In this document: in pieces, positions 17,809 to 27,439 of the stretch | Layout of the letters: each line of letters starts with the position of its first letter | Numbering within the stretch: position 1 is the stretch's first letter | Assembly: GCA_021163005.1 (NCBI GenBank) | Contig: JAGGXP010000018.1 | Coordinates: 1 to 56,983 of the forward strand | Direction: 5' to 3' | Source of the DNA: Candidatus Aenigmatarchaeota archaeon | Lineage (GTDB): Archaea > Aenigmatarchaeota > Aenigmatarchaeia > QMZP01 > JAFGSV01 | Length of the DNA stretch: 56,983 nucleotides | Made by a program: the position numbers and the translations under genes | Notes under the pieces: model-generated | Seen by the model: the letters and a program-made list of their open reading frames with translations, nothing else | Told to the model about the DNA's origin: nothing | The model's database searches: none

Positions 17809-20007
17809 TCAGGCTTCTTCCTCTTCTTCCGGCTCGTCTTTTATGCCCTTGCGTTCCTTGATTTTCCTGATGACGTCGTTTTCCAGCTCCTTCGGGAGCG
17901 GCTCGTAGATGACATCTATCAGCCAGAAGAATCCCTGCCCGCCTGTGCCGGACTTGAGCGCGGAGTTGAAGCCGAACATCTCGGCGACCGGCAGCTTGGC
18001 CTTTATTACGGTCGTGCCTCTCTCTTCGTTCATCTCTATTATCTGGCCGCGCCTGTTCTGCACTTCCTTCATGGCGCCGCTCAGCTGGTCGCTCGGAACG
18101 TCTATCCTTATCATCTGCTTGGGCTCGAGTATGTAGGCCTTTGCCCCTACCATTGCCTTTCTGATGGCTGACCGCACAGCAGGTATGACCTGCGCCGGCC
18201 CCCTGTGTATGGCATCCTCGTGAAGCTTGGCGTCAACAATCATCACCTTTACGCCGCTAACGGGTTCCCTGGCAAGCGGTCCCTGGTCCATGGACTCTAT
18301 GAAAGCCTGCTTGAGCATCTCCATGACCTCCAGTATGGCGTTGACGCCGCGGGTGTTGTCTATGAACATGTTCCTGTTGTGTATGAGCTTGACCTTCTTT
18401 ATCTCGTCCCTGTCCATGCCGAGGGCAACAAGCTTGTCGATGAGCTCGAGGTCCTTCTTCTTTATCTCGAAGTCCGAAGGTATGTCCCCTGCCTTCATGG
18501 CAGCTATGACATTCTCGTTGAGTGGCTCGGCGATCATGTAGAACCTGTTGTGCCTGTTGGGCGACTTGCCCTCAATGGGCTCCGGCGTCCGTGTTTTGAT
18601 TGTCTCCTTGTAGATGACTATGGGCGGCGAAACGCTGACATCGAGCCCTGAATCTTTCAGAGGCCTCTCTATTTTTGCATCTATGTGGAGCTCCCCGAGT
18701 CCGGAAACGAGGTATTCGCCTGTATCCTCATTTATCTTGACCTTGAGCGTCGGGTCCTCCCTGCTGGTCTTTCTGAGGAATTCTATGAGCTTCGCGAGCT
18801 GCTTCGGCTGCTTCGGCTCTATGGCCTTTGTCACGACAGGCTCGAATATGTGCTTTATGCTCTCAAATGCAGGTATAGCGTAATCGGGCTCGGCAAGCGT
18901 CTCTCCGGAATAGGCGCTCTTGAGCCCGACGATGCCGACGATATTGCCTGCGACGACCTCGTCCATGGCTATCCTCTGGGCGCCCTTGTAAATGGAAACC
19001 TGCTGTATCTTTTCCTTCTTCTGGGAGCCGACGAGCAGCAGCTCCTGCCCGCTCCTTATCTTTCCTGAAAGTATCCTTACCGTGGCGACATAGCCTGCGT
19101 GCGGGTCAGGGTAAATCTTCGTGACTATGGCCGCTAGGTGGCCGTTCGGGTCGCAGTTCCTCATGCTCTCGGCCACAGGGCTCTCCTTCTCGCCGGGCCA
19201 TATCCTCTCTATCCTGTATTTCTGCGCGTCGAGCGGGTTTGGAAGGTGATTTATGGTCATGTCAAGCACTACCGCGTGGAGAGGTGTTTTCTCCGCGAGC
19301 TCCTTCTCCTGCCCGTTGTTCGTCATGTCTATTATGTCCTTGAAGCTTATGCCTGTTTCCTTCATTTTCGGTATGGATATTGCCCAGTTCCTGAGGGCGG
19401 AGCCGAAGGCAACGCTGCCGTCCAGCACATTGACAGTGTATTTTTCGCCGTATTCCTTCTCGGCGTATTTTTGTATGAGCATATTCACGTTGGTTATTAT
19501 CTTCTTGAAGCGCTCTTCCATCTGCTGCGGCGTGAGCTTGAGCTCCTTTATCATCCTGTCGACCTTATTGATGAAAAGAACGGGCTTGACCCTCTCCTTG
19601 AGAGCCTGCCTGAGAACAGTCTCGGTCTGTGGCATGACACCCTCGACCGCATCAGCCACGACGACTGCGCCGTCCACGGCACGCATAGCACGTGTGACAT
19701 CACCGCCGAAATCCACATGGCCCGGTGTGTCTATGAGGTTGATGAGATACTCCTGGCCGCCAACGGTGTGAACCATGCTGACATTGGCTGCGAAAATCGT
19801 GATGCCCCTCTCCTGCTCCTGGTCGACCGTGTCCATGAACAGCTGCGTACCTGCAAGGTCCTGGGATATCATGCCCGCGCCCGCGAGAAGATTGTCGGAA
19901 AGTGTGGTCTTCCCGTGGTCTATGTGAGCGACTATGCCTATGTTCCTTATGTGCTCCGGCTTTCGCATGAGCTCCTTGACGGTCTCTGTAAGATTGGCCT
20001 TTGCCAT
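17809..20007 (-). CDS. fusA: Elongation factor 2 (aEF-2)
   Basis: IRNIGIVAHIDHGKTTLSD, DTPGHVDF, and the HEDAIHRGPAQ diphthamide loop. ATG at 20007 lies 9 nt after the S7 stop. Confidence 0.95.
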   Translation of the reverse strand: MAKANLTETVKELMRKPEHIRNIGIVAHIDHGKTTLSDNLLAGAGMISQDLAGTQLFMDTVDQEQERGITIFAANVSMVHTVGGQEYLINLIDTPGHVDFGGDVTRAMRAVDGAVVVADAVEGVMPQTETVLRQALKERVKPVLFINKVDRMIKELKLTPQQMEERFKKIITNVNMLIQKYAEKEYGEKYTVNVLDGSVAFGSALRNWAISIPKMKETGISFKDIIDMTNNGQEKELAEKTPLHAVVLDMTINHLPNPLDAQKYRIERIWPGEKESPVAESMRNCDPNGHLAAIVTKIYPDPHAGYVATVRILSGKIRSGQELLLVGSQKKEKIQQVSIYKGAQRIAMDEVVAGNIVGIVGLKSAYSGETLAEPDYAIPAFESIKHIFEPVVTKAIEPKQPKQLAKLIEFLRKTSREDPTLKVKINEDTGEYLVSGLGELHIDAKIERPLKDSGLDVSVSPPIVIYKETIKTRTPEPIEGKSPNRHNRFYMIAEPLNENVIAAMKAGDIPSDFEIKKKDLELIDKLVALGMDRDEIKKVKLIHNRNMFIDNTRGVNAILEVMEMLKQAFIESMDQGPLAREPVSGVKVMIVDAKLHEDAIHRGPAQVIPAVRSAIRKAMVGAKAYILEPKQMIRIDVPSDQLSGAMKEVQNRRGQIIEMNEERGTTVIKAKLPVAEMFGFNSALKSGTGGQGFFWLIDVIYEPLPKELENDVIRKIKERKGIKDEPEEEEEA

Positions 20008-20015
20008 GAGAATCA

Positions 20016-20603
20016 CTACCTTGCTCCCTCTGCTTCCTTCTCTATCCTCGTCCTTTCCCTTATAGCCAGTGTCTTGGAATCATTGGAAGCTGCTGAAAGA
20101 AGCTCGCTGGCTATCACTTCACCAAGGCTCTTGTTCTTCTTGAACGAGCTGCTGTAGATGCCCTGTGTTAACAGCCTGAGCGCGAGGTCCACCCTTCTCT
20201 GCGGGGATGTTATCACGGCCTTTCGGGCGATTATGCCGCCGAGCTGGTAAGCTGTTATTTCCTCGTAAAGGGCGGCATTCTCTATAGCCTTCACGAGCGT
20301 CTGTACGGGGTTCTTCTTCGTCTTCTTCTCGATTATCTCGAACGCCTTTATGGTCTCGCTCATTATGGTCTGGTAATTGCCCGGGAACATTCCCGATGTG
20401 ACCTTGTGCCTCTTGCCCCTGTGCCCCGTGACCATGAGCTTGTTCATGAACCTCTCGACTATGTTCATCTGGTTCTTCCTGAAGTCGCCGCTTCTCCTGC
20501 CGAACGTCCTCGGCACGACTATGGGCTTCAGGTTTATGTACTTCATCAGGCCGGGATCTTCGACCGTTACTTCAGACATGTTCCACTTACCGAACAAAAG
20601 CAT
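20016..20603 (-). CDS. rps7: 30S ribosomal protein S7 (uS7)
   Basis: The translation matches the archaeal uS7 pattern (KWNMSEVTVEDPGL..., NIVERFMNKLM...), and the gene sits in S12-S7-EF2 order. Confidence 0.95.
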   Translation of the reverse strand: MLLFGKWNMSEVTVEDPGLMKYINLKPIVVPRTFGRRSGDFRKNQMNIVERFMNKLMVTGHRGKRHKVTSGMFPGNYQTIMSETIKAFEIIEKKTKKNPVQTLVKAIENAALYEEITAYQLGGIIARKAVITSPQRRVDLALRLLTQGIYSSSFKKNKSLGEVIASELLSAASNDSKTLAIRERTRIEKEAEGAR

Positions 20604-20612
20604 TCAACCACC

Positions 20613-21035
20613 TCACGCCGTCTTTGGCTTCTCCTTCTTTCCCTTGAGCAGCTCGTTGAGCGATGCGCCGTTGACGGCCACGACCTTGTACTTTATGCCA
20701 TGCATCGACCCGACCGCCGACTTCTGCGAGCCGCCGACGCCCACTATGGTGACTTCGTCGTGCTCGTCTATAAACTTGATGGCATTGGTTCCAGGAACGA
20801 ATGCCGTTACCTGCTGGCCGTTCTTGATGAGCTGCACCCTGACACACTTTATGATGCCGGAGTGCGGCTGCTTCTGCTCCACGCCCTTCTTCTTGAGGAC
20901 TATACCCCTGCCTATGGGCGCGCCCTTCAGTGCGTCATCCTTCCAGAGCTTCAGGAGCTTCTTCTTTCCGGCTTTCGGAGCCCACCTGAACTTCTTCCTC
21001 TTCTTCACAAGATTTCTCGCAGCGAATTCTCCCAT
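20613..21035 (-). CDS. rps12: 30S ribosomal protein S12 (uS12)
   Basis: [28 protein letters not shown]... is a typical uS12 sequence. Confidence 0.95.
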   Translation of the reverse strand: MGEFAARNLVKKRKKFRWAPKAGKKKLLKLWKDDALKGAPIGRGIVLKKKGVEQKQPHSGIIKCVRVQLIKNGQQVTAFVPGTNAIKFIDEHDEVTIVGVGGSQKSAVGSMHGIKYKVVAVNGASLNELLKGKKEKPKTA

Positions 21036-21440
21036 TTACTTCAGCCTCAGGTAATTTATTTTGAAGTGCCTGTTTAAAAATTCCTTCATGACCTTGATGT
21101 TCCTGCCGTTTCTTCCTATCACGACTGACCTGTCGCTTGCCGGTATGGTGACGTTGACGGAGTCATTCATGACATCTACGCTCTTCGCGCTCGGTATCAT
21201 GCTCTTCACCATTTCCTCGGGCTTTTCGGAAAACTCGAAGACCTTAACAGTCTTCCCGAGCACCCTGCTGACGTTCTTTATTATCGACCCGTTCCTGCCT
21301 ATGGCAATTCCGGATTTCCCGCTTTCGACCATGAAGTAGACGCAGTTGTCGTCCCGTATGCAGTCCTTTACATGGACCTTTGTCATCCTCTCGAATGTCC
21401 CTATGTCCCTTATGGTCTGCGTCTCAAGTTTTATTGTCAT
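21036..21440 (-). CDS. nusA: Archaeal NusA-like protein (two KH domains)
   Basis: Two IGRNG KH motifs (AIGRNGSIIKNV, VIGRNGRNIKVM). Lies in the conserved position upstream of S12. Confidence 0.9.
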   Translation of the reverse strand: MTIKLETQTIRDIGTFERMTKVHVKDCIRDDNCVYFMVESGKSGIAIGRNGSIIKNVSRVLGKTVKVFEFSEKPEEMVKSMIPSAKSVDVMNDSVNVTIPASDRSVVIGRNGRNIKVMKEFLNRHFKINYLRLK

Positions 21441-21441
21441 A

Positions 21442-21705
21442 TTACTTCTCTATTCCTAGTACTGTTATCTTAAAAGGTTTTCCGCACATCCTGCCCAGTT
21501 CCGCGGAATTTCCGCTGAATGCGTCAACACTTATGCCTGATATGCCGCTGTAATACCGGAGGTCTTTCACAGTCACTGATGGGCAATTCGATGCGTAGAA
21601 AACCGAGGACAACTTCCCTGTCTTCAGGAGCTTCATGACGGCATTGCTTCCTGTAACAATCTTGCCGTTCTTGACAGCATCTTTTATGACATCAACTGAT
21701 TCCAT
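21442..21705 (-). CDS. rpl30e: 50S ribosomal protein L30e (eL30)
   Basis: 87-aa product MESVDVIKDAVKNGKIVTGSNAVMKLLKTGK... The 197-aa track ORF is trimmed to this Met because its upstream part overlaps S8. Confidence 0.85.
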   Translation of the reverse strand: MESVDVIKDAVKNGKIVTGSNAVMKLLKTGKLSSVFYASNCPSVTVKDLRYYSGISGISVDAFSGNSAELGRMCGKPFKITVLGIEK

Positions 21706-21716
21706 CAAATCCCCTC

Positions 21717-22103
21717 TCAATAAACATAGCCCAGAAGCTTTCCGCCTATGCCCTTCTTTTTTGCTTCCTTGTGGGATATGACGCCGTTGGAAGTGCTCAC
21801 AAGGAGCAGGCCGAGAGATGCAGCAGGAAGGAACCTCTTTTCCCACCTTATGAAGTCCGTCTTTCCCACTGAAAAGCGCGGCTTTATGGAGCCGCAGTTG
21901 TTTATGCGTCCCAGAAGCTTTATCCTGAACTTCCCGCCGCTGTCGGCGCCGAGGTGCTCGAACTCGCCTATGTACTTCTCCTTCTGCATTATGAGAAGCA
22001 TGCTCTTTATCAGGTTCGAGGCAGGCACTGCGCACTCTGTCTTGCCTATGGCCTCTGCGTTCTTGAGAGCGGAAAACATGTCCGATAGCGTGTCGTGTCT
22101 CAT
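21717..22103 (-). CDS. rps8: 30S ribosomal protein S8 (uS8)
   Basis: MRHDTLSDMFSALKNAEAIGK... to ...GIGGKLLGYVY. Trimmed to Met at 22103. Confidence 0.95.
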   Translation of the reverse strand: MRHDTLSDMFSALKNAEAIGKTECAVPASNLIKSMLLIMQKEKYIGEFEHLGADSGGKFRIKLLGRINNCGSIKPRFSVGKTDFIRWEKRFLPAASLGLLLVSTSNGVISHKEAKKKGIGGKLLGYVY

Positions 22104-22108
22104 ACCAA

Positions 22109-22330
22109 TCAGCTGTATTTCCTGAAACCGAGTTTCTTGCCTTCCTCCCTGAAGCACTGCCTGCAGTATGCGAGTCCGTATTTGGTTATGACTCCCTCGG
22201 TCCTGCCGCATCTCCTGCAGGGGGTGGCACTCCTGCCGGACTTCCTGTCCTTCGGCTTGTTGTGCTTCAGAAATTTGGCTAACTTGACAGGCTTGCCGGT
22301 TATCTGCTTTTTGGCGTTTTCGAAACTCAT
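22109..22330 (-). CDS. rps14: 30S ribosomal protein S14 (uS14, zinc type)
   Basis: [25 protein letters not shown] motif. Confidence 0.9.
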   Translation of the reverse strand: MSFENAKKQITGKPVKLAKFLKHNKPKDRKSGRSATPCRRCGRTEGVITKYGLAYCRQCFREEGKKLGFRKYS

Positions 22331-22357
22331 AGTAATCAGTGAAACCTCCTATTTAAA

Positions 22358-22864
22358 TTATGATACCTCTGCCCCGAATTCCTTTTTCACCCATTCAATG
22401 GCTTCCTCGGGCTTTATTATATGCTCCTTGCCCACGGGCCTGTTGTCATAACTCCTCTTCCTGACCCTGTACCCCCTTCTCTCGAGTGTCACGGCCACAT
22501 CGAAGCCCATTATGCCTATGTCGGGGTCGTAGTTGACTCCGGGTATGTTTATGTACTCCTCTATGCCAAAGGAAAAGTTCCCGTTGCTGTCGAACTGTGA
22601 TTTTTTCAGCCTGCCTTCATTTGCCTTTATCAGCTTTTCGAGAAGCTCCCTTGCCTCGCGTCCTCTCAGCGTCGTCATCACGCCTATCTCCCTTCCCTTT
22701 GCGACGCCGAATGTGTTCCTCTTGCGGGACCTTGTTTTTACGACATGCCTGCCGCTTATGGTCTCCAGAAGCTTTTGGGCCTTCTCGAGTTCAGGTCCCG
22801 GAGCGCCGGTGCTCATGTTAAGCGTCACTTTCTCTATCCTTATCTCCTTCATGGGATTGCTCAC
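22358..22864 (-). CDS. rpl5: 50S ribosomal protein L5 (uL5)
   Basis: MKEIRIEKVTLNMSTG... is typical of uL5, and the gene order fits. Confidence 0.95.
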   Translation of the reverse strand: MSNPMKEIRIEKVTLNMSTGAPGPELEKAQKLLETISGRHVVKTRSRKRNTFGVAKGREIGVMTTLRGREARELLEKLIKANEGRLKKSQFDSNGNFSFGIEEYINIPGVNYDPDIGIMGFDVAVTLERRGYRVRKRSYDNRPVGKEHIIKPEEAIEWVKKEFGAEVS

Positions 22865-23541
22865 TTTACCTCACCGACAATTACATAATCCTTAAGTGTG
22901 TCTATTTCACCATCAGCTGTCTCCAGCAGAATTCTTGCCTTCTCAAGCATGGTCTTCCTCTCGTCTATGGACTTTATCTTTCCCTTTATGCCGGAGTTCT
23001 TCCCTGCGAATATAGTTGCCGTCGCGCCTTCCCTGAGCGGGAAATGCTGCACTATCTTCTGGCCGGGAATCTCTATCAGCAGCGAATCTCCGGGCCTGTA
23101 CTTGCTTCCCTTGGAAACTATGAGCGTTCTGCCGTCGTGCAGCCCGAGCTGCAGCCTGCCTCCTTTGATGGCGGTCTTTGTCTTTATTGAACAAAGCTTT
23201 GATTTTGCATTCTTCGTTTCCTTCAGAACCAGCCCGTTTTTTTCCGGCAGTAAAGTGTAATGCTTCTTTATTTCGGGGAATGAAACCACATCCATGATAC
23301 CGACCGGATGCCTGTCGTCCTTCACTTTCTTTCCGTCGACGAGCACCTTTCCTGAGGAAACTATCCTTCCTGATTCATCTGAATTCTCAGCAAGGTTCAG
23401 CACATCCCTTAATATTACCCTGAGGGCTATGCTCGAATATTTCCCGTGCGGCCCGGGCAGAGGGGTAACCACGAACTTCCTCTCCTTCCTCCCAAGTGGC
23501 CAGAATTTCGGCATCATGTATCTCTTCATATGCATAATCAT
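22861..23541 (-). CDS. rps4e: 30S ribosomal protein S4e (eS4)
   Basis: KRYMMPKFWPL..., HPVGIMDVVS, and position between L24 and L5. Confidence 0.95.
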   Translation of the reverse strand: MIMHMKRYMMPKFWPLGRKERKFVVTPLPGPHGKYSSIALRVILRDVLNLAENSDESGRIVSSGKVLVDGKKVKDDRHPVGIMDVVSFPEIKKHYTLLPEKNGLVLKETKNAKSKLCSIKTKTAIKGGRLQLGLHDGRTLIVSKGSKYRPGDSLLIEIPGQKIVQHFPLREGATATIFAGKNSGIKGKIKSIDERKTMLEKARILLETADGEIDTLKDYVIVGEVK

Positions 23542-23957
23542 TCACCCTTCTCCTTTTTTGCAGCGGGTCTCTTCTTCGGAGACCTCTCGAGGACAGCCTG
23601 CCTTCTCTTGTCTTCCATGCTGAGCTTCACTATCTGCACATTCGAAGGCGTTATGGGCTTGCCTACCTCCGAGCCGTCGACCTTCTTGGACTTTATACCC
23701 TCGAGGTATATCTTGCCTTTCTCTATGCTCACCCTTTCTACTGTTCCTTTCTTGCCCTTCAGGCTTCCGCGCATTATCACGACGTCGTCGCCCTTCCTTA
23801 TCACCATGGACCTCCTGCCGTATCGCTCCCTAAGAGCAGGGGAAAGCCCTGCTGACAGGAACTTCCTCTTCACATGCAGCGGGGCATTGTGCAGGTACTT
23901 TCTCTGCTTTCGCGGCTGCCTGCTCGAAATCCAGCTTGATGACCATTCATTTTTCAT
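23538..23957 (-). CDS. rpl24: 50S ribosomal protein L24 (uL24)
   Basis: KGDDVVIMRGSLKGKKGTVERV KOW motif. Confidence 0.95.
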   Translation of the reverse strand: MKNEWSSSWISSRQPRKQRKYLHNAPLHVKRKFLSAGLSPALRERYGRRSMVIRKGDDVVIMRGSLKGKKGTVERVSIEKGKIYLEGIKSKKVDGSEVGKPITPSNVQIVKLSMEDKRRQAVLERSPKKRPAAKKEKGE

Positions 23958-23966
23958 TTAAACACC

Positions 23967-24365
23967 TTAAACAACTATGCTTGCTATCTTGCCGACTGTC
24001 TTGAACCTCTCAATAACTTCCCTTGCCACCGGACCTTTTATCATTGACGCTGTAGGGTCGAATTTATCATTCATGAGCGCCCCGGCGTTGTCCTCGAACT
24101 GCACCCACATGCCGTTGGATCTCTTGTATGCCTTTCTCTGCCTTATTATGACGGTCCTGAAAACCTGATGGCGAACCTTTTCATTGCCGTTCTTCACCCT
24201 GCACACCACAACATCCGCTATGCCTGCTGTCGGCTTTGCTCTTCGCTTGCCTTTGAAACCCAGAACTGATATGACCTCGAGAAGGTTGGCACCGCTGTTG
24301 TCGGCGCATTTCAGAACAGTCCCCGGCTGTATGGTCTTTGTATTGCTTGATGATATGGCTTTCAT
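23967..24365 (-). CDS. rpl14: 50S ribosomal protein L14 (uL14)
   Basis: LKCADNSGA...IKGPVARE... is typical of uL14. Confidence 0.95.
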   Translation of the reverse strand: MKAISSSNTKTIQPGTVLKCADNSGANLLEVISVLGFKGKRRAKPTAGIADVVVCRVKNGNEKVRHQVFRTVIIRQRKAYKRSNGMWVQFEDNAGALMNDKFDPTASMIKGPVAREVIERFKTVGKIASIVV

Positions 24366-24695
24366 CTATTCACCTTTTGTTTTTGAGACCACTACAAAGC
24401 TTTTCGTTTTTGAAATAGGCCTGCACTCGGCAATGAGAACCCTGTCGCCCCGCCTTGCGTTCATGCATGGCGGGTTGTGGACGCTCAGTCTCGTCCTTCT
24501 CCTTTCATAACCCTGGTACTTTGGAATCATATGAGCGTATTTTCGTTCAACAATAACAGTCAGGGCTGACTTTGAAGAAACCACCTTTCCCTCTATAACC
24601 TTGCCTCTGACAGGGAGCTTTCCATGCCATGGACAGTTCACATCCTCGCATGCCTCCTTGGGGGCATCCACGCCGAGTCCTATGCTGCTTTTCAT
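24366..24695 (-). CDS. rps17: 30S ribosomal protein S17 (uS17)
   Basis: CPWHGKLPVRGKVIEGKVVS...IAECRPISKTK. Confidence 0.95.
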   Translation of the reverse strand: MKSSIGLGVDAPKEACEDVNCPWHGKLPVRGKVIEGKVVSSKSALTVIVERKYAHMIPKYQGYERRRTRLSVHNPPCMNARRGDRVLIAECRPISKTKSFVVVSKTKGE

Positions 24696-24849
24696 TTAAC
24701 CACTTAACTGTTAATGCAATGATTCTTGAATTTATAGATTAAATATCTTTTAATACTTTCGCTCTCTTTTATTGTTTTGCTGCACCCAGCGCCGCTGACA
24801 TCATTTCCACGAATGCGAGTGAGGCGAAGTGTGCCTATTCTGCACTATA

Positions 24850-24890
24850 AGAAACATATAAATATATAAATGTTTTATAATATAGAGTCC
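24850..24890 (+). promoter_or_regulatory. AT-rich TATA-like region upstream of tuf, within the divergent intergenic region shared with the S17 operon
   Basis: catataaatatataaatgttttataatata lies about 70 nt upstream of the tuf ATG. A GGAGG SD sits at 24943-24947. Confidence 0.35.
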
Positions 24891-24954
24891 ACAGGGCCGC
24901 ATTCTGTGCGGTTCTATGGAAGATAATCAAAGATGGAATTTAGGAGGAGATAAA

Positions 24955-26226
24955 ATGGCAGAAAAGCCGCATTTGAACATAATAACAGAAGGTCACGTAG
25001 ACCACGGAAAGTCGACATTGTTAGGCAGGCTTCTATTCGATTCCGGTTCACTTCCGGAGCAGGAACTGAGGAAACTCAAGGACCTTGCGAAGGAACTGAA
25101 GAAGGAAACATTCGAGTTTGCTTTCGTGATGGACAAGCTCAAGGAGGAGAGAGAAAGGGGAGTCACCATAGACCTCATGTACAAGCCCATCATAACAGAC
25201 AAATACTACTACACAGCAATCGACTGCCCGGGCCACAGGGATTTCGTCAAGAACATGATAACCGGCGCAAGCCAGGCAGACGCGGCAATCCTTGTTGTTT
25301 CATGCAAGGACGGCGTGCAGGAGCAGACAAAAGAACACCTGTACCTTTCAAAGGTCCTTGGAATCAACCAGATGATTGTGGCAGTCAACAAGATGGACGA
25401 AGTCAACTACGACCAGGGCAAGTTCAACGAGGTCAAGGAACAGGTCACCAAACTTCTCACCTCAATAGGCTACAAGGTTGACCAGATACCGTTTGTTCCG
25501 GTTTCTGCATACGTTGGAGACAACGTGGTAAAGAAATCGACGAACATGCCATGGTATTCGGGTGAGCCTCTTCTGAAAATCATGGACAGCACGATACAGG
25601 TTCCTGAAAAGCCCATAAACAAGCCGCTCAGGCTTCCTGTTCAGGACGTCTACTCAATCACCGGCGTGGGGCTCGTTCCCGTCGGCAGGGTAGAGACAGG
25701 CGTTCTCAAGGCAGGCCAGAAGATTGTCATAGAACCTTCGGGCACAGTTGCCGAAGTGAAGTCCATGGAAATGCACCACAAGCCTCTTGAGAAGGCAGAG
25801 CCTGGCGACAACATAGGTTTCAACCTCAAGGGCGTGTCCAAGAAAGACGTCAGGAAAGGCGATGTCGTCGGCGATCCCGCAAACCCACCGACAGTAGCAA
25901 AGGAGTTCACGGCACAGATAATCGTGCTTCAGCACCCGACTGTCATAACCAAGGGTTACACACCTGTTTTCCACATCCACACAGCGCACGTTGCAGGCAG
26001 AATCACTGAAATAGTGAAGAAGCTTGATCCGAAGACGGGCGCAGAGATAACGGAAAACAAGGAGACGCTGAAGACGGGCGACGCAGCAGTCGTGAAGGTC
26101 CAGCCGCTCCAGCCCGTGGCAATAGAGAAGCAGGCCGATTTCCCTGAACTCGCGAAGTTCGCCATCAGGGACATGGGCAAGACAGTGGCCGCAGGCATAT
26201 GCACCGACGTCGTAAAGGCAAAGTAG
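24955..26226 (+). CDS. tuf: Elongation factor 1-alpha (aEF-1alpha)
   Basis: [22 protein letters not shown], and C-terminal [12 protein letters not shown]. The start is set at the ATG preceded by GGAGG. Confidence 0.95.
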   Translation: MAEKPHLNIITEGHVDHGKSTLLGRLLFDSGSLPEQELRKLKDLAKELKKETFEFAFVMDKLKEERERGVTIDLMYKPIITDKYYYTAIDCPGHRDFVKNMITGASQADAAILVVSCKDGVQEQTKEHLYLSKVLGINQMIVAVNKMDEVNYDQGKFNEVKEQVTKLLTSIGYKVDQIPFVPVSAYVGDNVVKKSTNMPWYSGEPLLKIMDSTIQVPEKPINKPLRLPVQDVYSITGVGLVPVGRVETGVLKAGQKIVIEPSGTVAEVKSMEMHHKPLEKAEPGDNIGFNLKGVSKKDVRKGDVVGDPANPPTVAKEFTAQIIVLQHPTVITKGYTPVFHIHTAHVAGRITEIVKKLDPKTGAEITENKETLKTGDAAVVKVQPLQPVAIEKQADFPELAKFAIRDMGKTVAAGICTDVVKAK

Positions 26227-26238
26227 ATTTCATAGAAG

Positions 26239-26274
26239 TGGGCGAAAGCCCAACTTTCTTTTTCTTTTAATTTT
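26239..26274 (+). terminator. Hairpin plus T-rich terminator after tuf
   Basis: tgggc-gaaa-gccca stem-loop followed by ctttctttttcttttaatttt. Confidence 0.55.
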
Positions 26275-26298
26275 GACAAAGGGCTACGGCCTTAGAGC

Positions 26299-26943
26299 TC
26301 AAATGATGGAATTCACATGGAATTTCCTGACATCCACACCAAGTCCGCTGAAGACTGATAAGACTCTCTTTGAGCTATGAATCGGTATCATAAGGCAGTT
26401 GCTTCCGAGTTTTATTGTCCCCGTTCCCCCAATAGCTCCCTCATATCGCCTGTTGTTCATGTTATAGCCGTAAAGCTTTTTGCTCAGAAGAACACGCTTT
26501 GTCTCCGGCTTTACTTTCTCCCACGAGATGATGACAAACGACTGCCTTCCTTTGGCAGCACCGGCATACTTGCCGTAAAGTACTATTCCGTCAGATATCA
26601 TGGAAGGTTTCAGGTTGTCCCATTTTTCGAGACTGCCTGTGATGCAGTTTATCTCGTTTTCAATTCCCTGCATTTTCCAGACTTTCCTGAAAACCAGACT
26701 TTCGTAAAATAATCTGACTGCATTTAAGACCGCCTTTTCTGTGTTTTTCTGGACCAGGTCTTTTTTTGATGGCACGTTTATGAATATGTCGATATCGCTT
26801 TTTTTGCCGGCATCATCTCTTGCAGCAGAACCGAAAAGTATTATGGTTTCAATCTCATTTAGCGCATCTTCGTCCAGACTGTCAAAAAGAAAAGAAACGA
26901 AGCTTTGCGAGTAAGCGATAAATGCTTTATTCACAATCAACAC
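26299..26943 (-). CDS. Nucleotidyltransferase-domain protein (minimal NTase / MNT-like) with an uncharacterised C-terminal extension
   Basis: LFGSAARDDAGKKSDIDIFI is a GSxxR-D...DxD pol-beta NTase signature. Confidence 0.7.
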   Translation of the reverse strand: MLIVNKAFIAYSQSFVSFLFDSLDEDALNEIETIILFGSAARDDAGKKSDIDIFINVPSKKDLVQKNTEKAVLNAVRLFYESLVFRKVWKMQGIENEINCITGSLEKWDNLKPSMISDGIVLYGKYAGAAKGRQSFVIISWEKVKPETKRVLLSKKLYGYNMNNRRYEGAIGGTGTIKLGSNCLMIPIHSSKRVLSVFSGLGVDVRKFHVNSII

Positions 26944-27322
26944 CCATTGATTTGAATATGGCTTTTATCCTGTTGAATGTCTGCATGAAATCCTCCATGA
27001 GCTTTTCAGTCTGCGGCTTTCCGTAACAGAGCAGATTTCTCTTTCTCTCGAGGTCTGCCATCAGCTTCAGGAGCTTCTTCTTATTTTCAAATTCCGGTAA
27101 TTTGCCAGTGGCTTTCCTTGCAGAACTGAACAAGTCATGCTTGATGCTGGCTCCAGGATATATCAGTCCCTTCTGGTGGAGGTATATCTCCAGCATGTCG
27201 GCCGCGGCTACGGAGCAGTGGAATCCTATTGTCCTCTGTCTTTCGGTCATGCCCCTATGTATGGAGTCTCTTATCTCTTCAAGACTCTCCTTCAGTGCTC
27301 TTTTGTGAGATTCTATGTTCAT
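26927..27322 (-). CDS. Small helical protein, a possible HEPN-like partner of the NTase
   Basis: Overlaps the NTase gene by 17 nt. All-helical by eye, with no clean Rx4-6H motif. Trimmed to Met at 27322 because the upstream track residues come from the operator repeats. Confidence 0.35.
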   Translation of the reverse strand: MNIESHKRALKESLEEIRDSIHRGMTERQRTIGFHCSVAAADMLEIYLHQKGLIYPGASIKHDLFSSARKATGKLPEFENKKKLLKLMADLERKRNLLCYGKPQTEKLMEDFMQTFNRIKAIFKSMGVDCE

Positions 27323-27407
27323 GGATACACCTGTATAAATATTTTGATACACTTGTATATAAATGTTATGGTACAGTTGTATCAATTAATTGATACGTTT
27401 GTATCAA
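27323..27407 (-). promoter_or_regulatory. Operator/promoter region with repeated GATAC...GTATC palindromes
   Basis: Direct repeats gatacacctgtataaat and gatacacttgtatataaat. An 18-bp perfect palindrome gtatcaattaattgatac lies at 27379-27396. It overlaps the inverted repeat ttgatac-gttt-gtatcaa at 27390-27407. Confidence 0.6.
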
Positions 27408-27439
27408 TAGCATCATATGCTTTTTGTTTTTACCAAATG

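Noticed and set aside
17809-20007. The EF-2 diphthamide loop reads HRGPAQ rather than the eukaryotic HRGGGQ.
   Set aside because: As far as I recall, HRGPAQ is the normal archaeal version of this loop. The modified His is present, so this is not evidence for loss of diphthamide.
15069-20157. Many long antisense ORFs opposite aRF1 and EF-2 (for example 17208-17861, 19138-20157 and 16437-16952).
   Set aside because: These are shadow ORFs of strongly supported genes on the other strand, with biased composition (Leu/Arg/Pro-rich) and no recognisable motifs. The same reasoning applies to the other antisense or overlapping ORFs throughout the track.
21442-22211. Long track ORFs of 197 aa and 164 aa that extend L30e and S8 upstream.
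   Set aside because: The extensions overlap the neighbouring r-protein genes and are Arg/Gln-rich out-of-frame read-through. The conserved protein sequences begin at the internal Met residues (21705 and 22103).
26927-27385. N-terminal 21 aa of the 152-aa track ORF (MIQLYHNIYIQVYQNIYTGVS).
   Set aside because: These residues are the translation of the GATAC/GTATC operator repeats. The CDS was trimmed to Met at 27322.
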